DNA from: Spirochaetia bacterium
Lineage (GTDB): Bacteria > Spirochaetota > Spirochaetia > SZUA-6 > Bin103
NCBI GenBank assembly: GCA_965203515.1
Contig: OZ241907.1
Span: 2,496,001-2,560,000 of the forward strand
Reading direction: 5' to 3'
Length of the DNA stretch: 64,000 bases
Shown: piece after piece, positions 1-8,270 of the stretch
Layout of the letters: every line of letters starts with the position of its first letter
How positions within the stretch are numbered: the stretch's first letter is position 1
Notes under the pieces: model-generated
Told to the model about the DNA's origin: nothing
Database searches by the model: none
The model's input: the letters and a program-made list of their open reading frames with translations, nothing else
Program-made: the position numbers and the translations under genes

Positions 1-44
1 CAGCGTCGATCCGGCATAGCCGGTCGCGCCCAACACCGTCGCCG

Positions 45-524
45 TCACCGCGACAACCCCGCCACACCCGGCACCACCGCGCCCAGACTGCGCAGGCACT
101 GATCGCGGTCGACGCCCTCGCGCAGCACCGCCAGGACGGTGTCGTCACCGGCAATCGTGCCGGCCAACTCGTCGATCGGCAGGTTGTCGAGGGCGCGCGC
201 CACGCTGCCGGCGTGTCCCGGCAGGGTGCGCACCACCAGCAGGTTGCCGGAGAAGATCAGCTCCACCAGTCCGCTCTTGATGTCGTTCACCAGCCCGGAA
301 AACGATCCCGCCATCGGCTCCGCCTCCGCGAATCCGTAGCGGTAGCCGTGCGCGCCGTCCGGCACGCGCGCCACGCGCAGGTCGCGCAGATCGCGCGAGA
401 GGGTCGACTGCGTCACCGTGAAGCCGTCGCGCGCCAGCGCCGCCAGCAGCTCTTCCTGCTGCGCGGTGCCGCCGCGGCTGATGATCCTGCGAATCGCCGC
501 CAACCTGAGCCTCCGGTCCCGCAT
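45..524 (-). CDS. argR: Arginine repressor
   Basis: C-terminal part of ORF 45..1892: TQSTLSRDLRDL winged HTH and GTIAGDDT arginine-binding motif; ATG at 524 (alternative 539). Confidence 0.93.
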   Translation of the reverse strand: MRDRRLRLAAIRRIISRGGTAQQEELLAALARDGFTVTQSTLSRDLRDLRVARVPDGAHGYRYGFAEAEPMAGSFSGLVNDIKSGLVELIFSGNLLVVRTLPGHAGSVARALDNLPIDELAGTIAGDDTVLAVLREGVDRDQCLRSLGAVVPGVAGLSR

Positions 525-559
525 GGCATATTCATGCATGACATTGCAATCCCTGTCAA
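525..559 (-). promoter_or_regulatory. argR promoter (-35 TTGACA) overlapped by candidate ARG boxes
   Basis: TTGACA at 559-554 on minus strand; imperfect TGCAT-N4-ATGCA palindromes at 525-538 and 535-548 directly before the start codon. Confidence 0.55.
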
Positions 560-617
560 CGATGCCGTGCCGCCGCGGGGCATGACCGGCGGACCGGTAA
601 TCGGATAGCGTCAAGCC

Positions 618-1727
618 ATGCCGTTCGATCCCTATCGGCGGGCCAACCCGTCGGTGCTCGACATCGCCCCGTACGTTCCCGGCAAGTCTCTGGAAGAGGC
701 GATCGAAGAGGCCGGCAGGGACGACGTGATCAAGCTGGCCTCCAACGAGAACCCGCTGGGCGCTTCTCCGGCCGCGGTCGAAGCGATCGGCGCCGCGCTC
801 GGCGGCGCCCACCGGTACGTGGAGTCGAGCGCGAGGCGGGTGCGCGGGCGGTTCGCGGCGATGCTGGACCTGACCCCGGGCCATCTGATCGCCGGCAACG
901 GCTCCGATGCGCTGCTGCTGGCGGTGGCGATGGCGTTCCTCGACCGGGAAGACGAGGTGATCGTGCCGGAGATCACCTTCAGCATGTACGAGATCGTCGC
1001 CCGGACGATGGGCGCTCGCGTCGTACGGTCGGCCATGGACGGCATGGCGATCGACGTGGACGCGATCCTGAGCAAGGTCTCGGCGGCGACCAAGGCGGTC
1101 TTCCTCTGCAACCCCAACAATCCCACCGGCACGTTGATCGACCGCCGACGCTTTGCCGAGCTGCTGGACGCGCTGCCGGATGAGGTGCTGCTGATCCACG
1201 ACGAGGCGTACGCCGACTTCGCCGATCCGGCGCTGCGGCCGGACACCGCCGCTCTGGTGCGCGGCGGCGCGGCGAACCTGCTGGCGGTCCGCACGTTCTC
1301 CAAGAGCCACGGCCTGGCCGGGGTGCGCTTTGGCTTTGCCTACGGCGATCCGCGGGCGATCGAGCTGATGCACCGGGTACGCCCGCCGTTCGATCTGTCG
1401 ATCGTGGCGCAGGCGGCCGGCTTGGCGGCGGCCGGAGACGATGGGTTCCGACGGCTCACGCTGCAGGTCAACCGCGATGGCAAGGAGCAGCTCGCCGCCG
1501 GCTTCCACGCCTTGGGACTGCCGTTCGTGCCCACGCACACCAACTTCATCATGGTGCGCGTCGGCGACCGGGCGCCGGCGGTGGCCGACTCCCTGCTGCG
1601 CCGCGGCGTGGTGGTGCGCTGCTGGACCCGGCCCGCCGCGCTTGCACCGTGGCTGCGGATCACGATCGGCACCGCGGCGGACAACCGCGTGCTGCTGGAC
1701 GGGTTGGCCGATGCGCCGGCCGGCTAG
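618..1727 (+). CDS. hisC: Histidinol-phosphate aminotransferase
   Basis: KLASNENP, CNPNNPTG, DEAY, RTFSKSHGLAGVRFG PLP-lysine motif. Confidence 0.92.
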   Translation: MPFDPYRRANPSVLDIAPYVPGKSLEEAIEEAGRDDVIKLASNENPLGASPAAVEAIGAALGGAHRYVESSARRVRGRFAAMLDLTPGHLIAGNGSDALLLAVAMAFLDREDEVIVPEITFSMYEIVARTMGARVVRSAMDGMAIDVDAILSKVSAATKAVFLCNPNNPTGTLIDRRRFAELLDALPDEVLLIHDEAYADFADPALRPDTAALVRGGAANLLAVRTFSKSHGLAGVRFGFAYGDPRAIELMHRVRPPFDLSIVAQAAGLAAAGDDGFRRLTLQVNRDGKEQLAAGFHALGLPFVPTHTNFIMVRVGDRAPAVADSLLRRGVVVRCWTRPAALAPWLRITIGTAADNRVLLDGLADAPAG

Positions 1728-1779
1728 CGAAAGCGGCGCCGGCGGGCGGCGCGGGGGCGGTCGCGCCGCGCCGCTCGCC

Positions 1780-2451
1780 ATGATCGTCCTGGGTCCGCTC
1801 TGCCTGCTGGCCGCGTGCGAGGTCGCCGCCCCCGAGGCGCACGAGCTGTTCTGGAAGCGCGTGGCGTTCGAGGATCTGCGCCTGGGACGCACCTACGAGA
1901 CCCTGACGGTGTTCGCGCGGGTGAGCGACGCCGACGGACTGGAGGATCTTGCCACCCTGTTCGTGATGAACGACCAGGCGCAACTGTTCTGGCGGCTGAC
2001 GCCGCAGGACTGGGTGATCGATCGATCCGGCGCCGGCTCCGGCGCCGGCGTCTGGATCGGGTCGACGGCGCTGGCGATGCCCGCGGACGAGCCGGTGCCG
2101 GCCGGCGTCTACCGGGTGATCGTGCAGGACGTCGCCGGCCAGATCGCCGAGGTCAGCTTCCGGATCGCCGGGAGCGCCGGCGGCGCGGCGCGACAGCGGG
2201 CGGAGGCGATCGACGTCACGATCGAGGCGGACGAGCTTGCCGTCTCCGGTCCGTTCGCGGCGTATGAGGTATGGCTGTACGGAGACACCGGGACCCGCGT
2301 GGCGGCGGCGGCGTTTGCGGAGCGCATCGACCTGGAGTCGGCGCTGCCGGCCGAGACCCGCGCCGACGAGTTGCTGGCGTACGTCTACGCAGCCCCGCCG
2401 GACGACCCGGCCGGCTACCTGAGCGGTCCCTACGTCTGGCGGCGCAGCTGA
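1780..2451 (+). CDS. Hypothetical lipoprotein
   Basis: Hydrophobic N-terminus ending LAAC (lipobox), normal codon usage; alternative start 1711. Confidence 0.65.
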   Translation: MIVLGPLCLLAACEVAAPEAHELFWKRVAFEDLRLGRTYETLTVFARVSDADGLEDLATLFVMNDQAQLFWRLTPQDWVIDRSGAGSGAGVWIGSTALAMPADEPVPAGVYRVIVQDVAGQIAEVSFRIAGSAGGAARQRAEAIDVTIEADELAVSGPFAAYEVWLYGDTGTRVAAAAFAERIDLESALPAETRADELLAYVYAAPPDDPAGYLSGPYVWRRS

Positions 2452-2495
2452 GCGGCGCCGCCGGCCCGCGCTGACGCGCGCGGGGTCAGCCCGAA

Positions 2496-2568
2496 TGCCG
2501 CCGAACAGAATCGAACTGTTGACACAGGGATTTTCAGTCCCTTGCTCTACCAACTGAGCTACAGCGGC
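2496..2568 (-). tRNA. tRNA-Phe(GAA)
   Basis: Reverse complement GCCGCTGTAGCTCAGTTGGTAGAGCAAGGGACTGAAAATCCCTGTGTCAACAGTTCGATTCTGTTCGGCGGCA folds into a cloverleaf with GAA anticodon; CCA not encoded. Confidence 0.97.
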
Positions 2569-2618
2569 GCCGACGAGATTATTATCATCATTGCGGATCG
2601 CAGACAATAGCGCCAGCC

Positions 2619-3614
2619 ATGCCCGCTCACGTTTCCCACCTGCTGTTCGCCGAGGAGGCGGTTCGGCGCCTCGGTCCCGGCGGCGAGCGGCTGCTCGCCG
2701 CGGCGGGCAACGCCCTGCGGCTCGGCGCACAGGGGCCGGACCTGTTCTACCACGCCCGGCGGACGCGGCCGCACGGGTTCCGCTTCGGGCCGCTGATGCA
2801 CCGCGCCCGCTTCGGCAGCCTGGTCGCGGCTTTCCTGCGGCACGCACCGCCGGCGACCGAGCACGCGGCGTTCGCCGCCGGCATGGCCACGCACGCGGCG
2901 CTGGATCGCTGCTGGCACCCGTACGTCGTCTACCATGCCGGCTGGGTGGTGCCGTCGGACCCGGCCACGCGGCGCCTGCGGCACTGCCACGCCTTCCTGG
3001 AGCGCGTGCTGGACGTGCTGCTGGCCGAACGGCTGCGCGGCGGCATGGCGCGGATCGACTTCTTTTCCGGCGTGCGCCTGGGCGGGGAGCTGCCGGCCGG
3101 CCTGCGGGCCGGGCTGGTGGCGGCGATCGCCGAGGTCTACCCGCGCGCCCACGACCCGGCCACCGACCCGGCGCGCGTCGCCAACGCCTACCGCGACGCG
3201 CTGCGCTTCTTCGCCGCCACCGACCCGCGCCATCCGGGGTTCCGGCGCCGGGCGCGGGAGATGGAGCGCCGCGAAGGGGCCGGCCGGCGCCGGCTGGCGC
3301 TCTTCCATCCGGCCGTGATCGACCGATCCGTCGATTGGGCCAACGAATCGCACCGCCAGTGGCGCCATCCCTGCGACGCCGCCGACGTGTCGACCGCCAG
3401 CGTCTTCGACCTGTTCGAGCAGGCGCTGCGGGAGGTCGACCCGATGCTGAGGGCGGTGCTCGCCGCCGCGCAACGCCGCACCGGCTTTGCCGCCGCCGCG
3501 CAGGCGGTGGGCGACCACGGCATGAACCTCACCCGGAACGGCTGCCGCTGCGCCCCATCGATCTGCGACCCGCTGCCGGTCGCCGATCTGTTGGACGCCC
3601 AGTACCGGGAATAG
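2619..3614 (+). CDS. Zinc-dependent phospholipase C family protein
   Basis: N-terminal MPAHVSH, LGAQGPDLFY, HAALDRCWHPYV and HAFLE metal-ligand pattern. Confidence 0.72.
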   Translation: MPAHVSHLLFAEEAVRRLGPGGERLLAAAGNALRLGAQGPDLFYHARRTRPHGFRFGPLMHRARFGSLVAAFLRHAPPATEHAAFAAGMATHAALDRCWHPYVVYHAGWVVPSDPATRRLRHCHAFLERVLDVLLAERLRGGMARIDFFSGVRLGGELPAGLRAGLVAAIAEVYPRAHDPATDPARVANAYRDALRFFAATDPRHPGFRRRAREMERREGAGRRRLALFHPAVIDRSVDWANESHRQWRHPCDAADVSTASVFDLFEQALREVDPMLRAVLAAAQRRTGFAAAAQAVGDHGMNLTRNGCRCAPSICDPLPVADLLDAQYRE

Positions 3615-3650
3615 CAGTCGCGGGAAGAGCAGTTCGGGGACTGGCACGAT

Positions 3651-3680
3651 TTGACCGCGCGGACGGCGACTGCCTACAGT
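3651..3680 (+). promoter_or_regulatory. Putative sigma70 promoter of the fliG-N/asnS/TM2 operon
   Basis: TTGACC-N18-TACAGT, 11 nt before GTG 3692. Confidence 0.5.
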
Positions 3681-3691
3681 CGGGCGGTCCC

Positions 3692-4090
3692 GTGAGCACC
3701 CCTTCGGCGGCGCGGGCCGCCCCGCCCCCTCGCCCGCCGACCCGCACGCCGACTCCCGGCGAGCTGGCCCACCGCGCCAAGGACGAAGCGCGCGATGCCG
3801 GCTACGAGCGCGCGGCCCTCTTCCTGCTGCTGATCGACCCGGATGCCGCGGCGGACGTCCTGCGCCAGCTCGACGCTCACGAGATCGAGGAGCTGTGCCG
3901 CGTGATCGTCCGTGTCGACGCCGTCGACGCGCGCGACGCGCGCCGGGTGATGCAGGAGTACGGCGTAAGCGCCGGCGTCCGCTCGACGGCGACCGGGGGC
4001 GCGCCGGCCGCCCGCCGCCTGCTCACCGGCGCCTTTGGCGCCGACCATGCCGAGCGGCTGATGAGCCGCATCGGGACCGAGCGCCCATGA
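3692..4090 (+). CDS. Stand-alone FliG N-terminal-domain-like protein
   Basis: ERAALFLLLIDPDAAADVLRQLDAHEIEEL...GGAPAARRLLTGAFGADHAERLM resembles FliG_N; ATGA overlap with asnS. Confidence 0.62.
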   Translation: MSTPSAARAAPPPRPPTRTPTPGELAHRAKDEARDAGYERAALFLLLIDPDAAADVLRQLDAHEIEELCRVIVRVDAVDARDARRVMQEYGVSAGVRSTATGGAPAARRLLTGAFGADHAERLMSRIGTERP

Positions 4091-5400
4091 CCGGCGGAGC
4101 GCCGCCCCGCGTCGCCATCAGGGACGCAGGCGCCTACGACGGCCGCTCCGTGGAGCTGGCCGGCTGGCTGTACAACGCCCGCTCCAAGGGCCGTATCCTG
4201 TTCCTGCAACTTCGCGACGGCACCGGACGCATCCAGGCGACGGCGATCGACGGGGAGACCGATCCCGAATCGTTCGCGCGCGCGGCCCAGCTCCCGCTCG
4301 AGTCCAGCCTCATCGCGCACGGCACGGTACGCGCGGAACCGCGCGCGGCCGGCGGCTACGAGTTGCACCTGCGCGCCGTGCAGGTCGTGCAGGAGCCGAC
4401 GGCCGAATATCCGATCGCCAACAAGGCGCACGGCGTCGACTTCCTGCTGGCCCACCGCCACCTGTGGCTGCGCTCGCGCCGGCAGGAAGCTCTGATGCGA
4501 CTGCGCGGCGAGGTCCGCACCGCCATGCACGGCTTCTTCGACCGGCGCGGTTTCGTGCTGGTCGACACGCCGATCCTCACCGGCGCGGTGGGCGAGAGCG
4601 CGTCGGCGCTGTTCACGCTGCCCTACTACGACATGGGTGAGGCGCATCTGGCGCAGACCGGCCAGCTCTATCTGGAGGCGGCCTGTCTGGCGCTCGGCCG
4701 GGTGTACAACTTCGGCCCCACGTTCCGCGCGGAGAAGTCGAAGACGCGGCGTCACTTGAGCGAGTTCTGGATGCTGGAGGCGGAGGTCGCCTTCGCCGAC
4801 AGCGACGCGAACATGCGGCTCCAGGAGGAGCTGGTGCTGGCCGTCGTCGAGCACGTACTGGACCGCTGCGCGCCGGAGTTGGCCACCCTGCAGCGCGACA
4901 CCGCGCCGCTGGCGCGGCTCGGTCGGCCGTTTCCGCGCATCGCCTATGAGGAGGCGGTCCGCATCGCGCAGGCTTCGGGCTCCGGCATGCGGCTCGGCGA
5001 CGACCTGGGCGCGGACGAGGAGACGGCGGTCAGTCTCAGCTTCGAACGCCCGGTGTTCGTGACCGACTACCCGCGCGCGGCCAAGGCGTTCTACATGAAG
5101 GGCCATCCCACCGACCCGGCCAAGGTGCTCTGCTCCGACCTGCTGGCGCCGGAGGGGTATGGCGAGATCGCCGGCGGCTCGCAGCGTGAGGACGATCTCG
5201 ACGCGCTGGTCGCCGCGCTGCAGGCGCACGGTCTGGCCGCCGACGCCTACGAGTGGTATCTGGACCTGCGCCGCTTCGGATCGGTGCCGCACGCGGGCTT
5301 CGGCATCGGGTTGGAGCGCACCCTGGCGTGGATCGCCGGCATCCCGCACGTTCGGGAGGCGATCGCATTTCCCCGCACGCTGCAACGGTTGTACCCTTAG
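4087..5400 (+). CDS. asnS: Asparagine--tRNA ligase
   Basis: OB-fold FLQLRDGTG, FRAEKSKTRRHLSEFWMLE, GEIAGGSQRE, PHAGFGIGLER. Confidence 0.95.
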   Translation: MTGGAPPRVAIRDAGAYDGRSVELAGWLYNARSKGRILFLQLRDGTGRIQATAIDGETDPESFARAAQLPLESSLIAHGTVRAEPRAAGGYELHLRAVQVVQEPTAEYPIANKAHGVDFLLAHRHLWLRSRRQEALMRLRGEVRTAMHGFFDRRGFVLVDTPILTGAVGESASALFTLPYYDMGEAHLAQTGQLYLEAACLALGRVYNFGPTFRAEKSKTRRHLSEFWMLEAEVAFADSDANMRLQEELVLAVVEHVLDRCAPELATLQRDTAPLARLGRPFPRIAYEEAVRIAQASGSGMRLGDDLGADEETAVSLSFERPVFVTDYPRAAKAFYMKGHPTDPAKVLCSDLLAPEGYGEIAGGSQREDDLDALVAALQAHGLAADAYEWYLDLRRFGSVPHAGFGIGLERTLAWIAGIPHVREAIAFPRTLQRLYP

Positions 5401-5416
5401 CAGGGGCACGCGCGGC

Positions 5417-5899
5417 ATGATCTACTCACGGGGTACCGCCTATCTGCTGTGGGCGCTCTGTCTGTTCGGCGTTTCAGGGATACATCGCTTCTACCTGGGA
5501 CGGATCGGCACCGGCATCCTGTGGCTCTGCACCTGGGGCCTGTTCGGGATCGGCAACATCATCGACCTGTTCACGATCCCCGGCATGGTCGACGCGGAGA
5601 CCGCGCGGCGCCTGCCGGGGCCGGTCCCGAACCGCCTTGCCCCTGCCCCGGCGGCGGCGACCGCCGACCCGATCGAGACCGTGATCCTGCGCGCGGCCAG
5701 GGCGCACGGCGGCGTGGTCACTCCGACCCAGGTCGCGGTGGGCGGCGAGTACGGCCTAGACGAGTCCAAGGCCTGTCTCGACGATCTGGTCTCCAGGGGG
5801 CACGCGGAGTTGCGGGTGCGCAAGAACGGCGGCATGGTCTACGTGTTCCCGGATCTGCTCACGCCGGAGGCGGAGGAGATGGTCGAGCCGCTCACCTGA
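5417..5899 (+). CDS. TM2/NINE-domain membrane protein with C-terminal winged-helix-like domain
   Basis: AYLLW...GIHRFYLG...GILWLCTWGLFGIG..IDL TM2 motif. Confidence 0.85.
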   Translation: MIYSRGTAYLLWALCLFGVSGIHRFYLGRIGTGILWLCTWGLFGIGNIIDLFTIPGMVDAETARRLPGPVPNRLAPAPAAATADPIETVILRAARAHGGVVTPTQVAVGGEYGLDESKACLDDLVSRGHAELRVRKNGGMVYVFPDLLTPEAEEMVEPLT

Positions 5900-5918
5900 A
5901 GCAGCGCTCACGGCTGCC

Positions 5919-7154
5919 ATGATGACCAATCAACCACCCCGTAGGATCATCCTACCGTTATCGTCCCGTACGACGACCATCCAACGACTCCGTCTCGACT
6001 CGTTCCTTTCATTCGCGCCCGGATCGGAGGCCATCGAACTCGAGCCGCTGAACGTCCTGATCGGCCCCAACGGAGCCGGCAAGTCGAACGTGATCGAAGC
6101 CGTGGAGCTGCTCCACGCGACTCCTGCCAACTTGGCGGCCGCGATTCGCGATGGCGGCGGTCCGCAAGAGTGGCTGTGGAAGGGACCAGGACCAGGGCGC
6201 CGGGCGGCCACGATCGACACCGTGTTGGATACCGACACGCCGACCGAACGGCCGCTGCGCTACCGCCTCGAGTTCACGGCCGTGGGAGGACGCGTCGAAG
6301 TGCTGGATGAGGCGATCGAGGAGACCGAACCTCAGCCGGGGAACGACGACGTCTACTTCTACTATCGTTTCCAACGCGGGAGACCAGCCGTCAACGTAAC
6401 GGACTTCTCCGGTGGCGATTTCACTCGGCATCTCCAGCGGGAAAAGCTCTTGCCGGATCAGTCAGTTCTGGCGCAGCGCAAGGATCCCGACGTGTATCCC
6501 GAGATCACCTGGCTCGGCGAGCGCTTCGGCGCCATGCGGACGTTCCGGGAATGGACGTTCGGCCGTTATACGCCGCTGCGACAGCCACAAAGGACGGATC
6601 ACCCCGAAGACCGACTGCTCGACGACGCGAGCAACCTGGCATTGGTGCTGAATCAGATCGAGCACCGGGACGGCCGCAGATTCGATGACGTGCTGGCGCG
6701 ATTCTTTCCCCGCTATGAACGGATGTCGACCCGCATTTCCGGCGGCACCGTCCAGTTCTATCTGCACGAAGCGGGTTTTCGCGCGCCGGTACCGGCGACG
6801 CGCCTGTCGGACGGCACGATCCGCTTCATCGCCATTCTGGCGGTTCTCCTGTCTCCGTCTCCGCCGCCGCTGGTATGCATCGAAGAACCGGAGCTCGGCC
6901 TGCACCCCGACGCGGTGGCGCTGTTCGCCGATCTCCTGGTCGAAGCATCCACGCGCATGCAACTGATCGTGACCACGCACTCGGATGCTCTGATCTCAGA
7001 ACTGACCGGCCAGCCGGAAGCCGTGATCGCCTGCGAGCGCCCCGGAGAAGGCACCGTGCTGCGCCGACTCGATCCTGAGCGTCTGCGCAGTTGGCTGGAC
7101 GACTATCGACTCGGCGACCTGTGGCGGATGGGCGAACTGGGCGCCAATCCGTGA
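5919..7154 (+). CDS. ABC-type (AAA_21-like) ATPase
   Basis: Walker A GPNGAGKS, signature LSDGT, Walker B IEEPE, H-loop TTHS; no TM segments. Confidence 0.88.
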   Translation: MMTNQPPRRIILPLSSRTTTIQRLRLDSFLSFAPGSEAIELEPLNVLIGPNGAGKSNVIEAVELLHATPANLAAAIRDGGGPQEWLWKGPGPGRRAATIDTVLDTDTPTERPLRYRLEFTAVGGRVEVLDEAIEETEPQPGNDDVYFYYRFQRGRPAVNVTDFSGGDFTRHLQREKLLPDQSVLAQRKDPDVYPEITWLGERFGAMRTFREWTFGRYTPLRQPQRTDHPEDRLLDDASNLALVLNQIEHRDGRRFDDVLARFFPRYERMSTRISGGTVQFYLHEAGFRAPVPATRLSDGTIRFIAILAVLLSPSPPPLVCIEEPELGLHPDAVALFADLLVEASTRMQLIVTTHSDALISELTGQPEAVIACERPGEGTVLRRLDPERLRSWLDDYRLGDLWRMGELGANP

Positions 7155-7771
7155 GCGGCATCACCATCTACCTGGAAGGCGGGGGAAAAGGTAAGGAATC
7201 CAAGGCTGCGCTACGACGAGGTATGGACGCATTTCTCGACCCGATCAAGCAACGGGCCAGAACGAAGCGGTGGCGTTGGAAGCTCGTCCCGTGGGGTAGC
7301 CGGCAGCAGACGTTCGAACGCTTTCGCGATGCGGTTACCCGGACCCAACCTGACGAGTTGGTAGTGCTGCTAGTGGATGCGGAAGAAGCGGTCGGCAACA
7401 ATACGCCGCGTGCGCATCTGAAAACGCGCGATAATTGGGACTTGGCATTCGCTGCCGACGATATGGTCCACCTCATGGTGCAGGTGATGGAGACCTGGAT
7501 CGTCGCTGACCCTGATACCTTGGCCAAGTGGTACGGATCGGACTTTCGTAAGAATGAACTGCCTCGGACCGCCAATCTCGAGACCATTTCCAAGGCGAGC
7601 GTTATGGACGCACTGAAACAAGCCACTCGGTCCACGCCGAAAGGCGCCTATCACAAGATACGTCATGCCAGCGACATCTTGCAGCGCATCGATCAACAGC
7701 AAGTCCGAGAGCGATGTCCGGCTTGCGGCCGACTCTTCGTAACGCTTGAGCGGTGGATCGATGCGGTTTGA
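7151..7771 (+). CDS. DUF4276-like (TOPRIM-related) partner protein
   Basis: GTGA overlap with ATPase stop; IYLEGG, LLVDAE, METWIVAD, YHKIRH, CPAC motifs; lower GC. Confidence 0.75.
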   Translation: MSGITIYLEGGGKGKESKAALRRGMDAFLDPIKQRARTKRWRWKLVPWGSRQQTFERFRDAVTRTQPDELVVLLVDAEEAVGNNTPRAHLKTRDNWDLAFAADDMVHLMVQVMETWIVADPDTLAKWYGSDFRKNELPRTANLETISKASVMDALKQATRSTPKGAYHKIRHASDILQRIDQQQVRERCPACGRLFVTLERWIDAV

Positions 7772-7946
7772 GCATCGACGCTGAGCGGTTCAGCGTTCCA
7801 GCAGGTCGGGGAGGGTGGCGTTCAGAGGCAGGGCGGATGCCGGCGGCAGAGGTAGTCGGGACGTGGAACAGCGGGTTGCCGAGGGACCACAGCTCGACGC
7901 TTTCCGCGATCTCCGCGCATCGGGTTCCACGGCATATCGTAGTTGA

Positions 7947-8270
7947 TCAGCGCGCCGCCGAACCGGAAGTTGAGCCCCTTGTTGGATCCCACATTAAGTC
8001 GTTAGCAAGGAAAGGCATCTGCTCAGATTGATCCGGTGACGGATCGTTACCGTATACTTCTGCGCGCCCGCTTACTCGTGCGCCGTCCCTGATCCGCGCG
8101 TGGTCCGACACTTCCGCATCTCCGAACACCTGCGCGTCCCGGCCCACGTACACGGTGTCCATAACCGTGGCGGTGTCCGCTATCCATCCGCCACCGTTTG
8201 AGTGCCGATGCGCATCGACATTCCCATTGCCATCGCCGAAGTCATGCTTCGAGGTTCCCGACTCACCCAT
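7947..8270 (-). CDS. Small hexapeptide-repeat (left-handed beta-helix) protein, possibly truncated
   Basis: HRHSNGGGWIADTATV followed by 6-aa periodic VGRDAQ-VFGDAE-VSDHAR-IRDGAR-VSGRAE-VYGN. Confidence 0.6.
   Translation of the reverse strand: MGESGTSKHDFGDGNGNVDAHRHSNGGGWIADTATVMDTVYVGRDAQVFGDAEVSDHARIRDGARVSGRAEVYGNDPSPDQSEQMPFLANDLMWDPTRGSTSGSAAR

Noticed and set aside
2496..2568. tRNA-Phe as an integration site
   Set aside because: No integrase and no duplicated tRNA 3' end found in the window
2572..2593. Fur-box-like AT-rich tract GAGATTATTATCATCATTG
   Set aside because: Poor 7-1-7 symmetry; adequately explained as the -10 region of the tRNA promoter
3641..3656. sigma54 promoter TGGCACGATTTGACC
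   Set aside because: The -24 element matches but there is no GC at -12; the overlapping TTGACC fits a sigma70 -35 better
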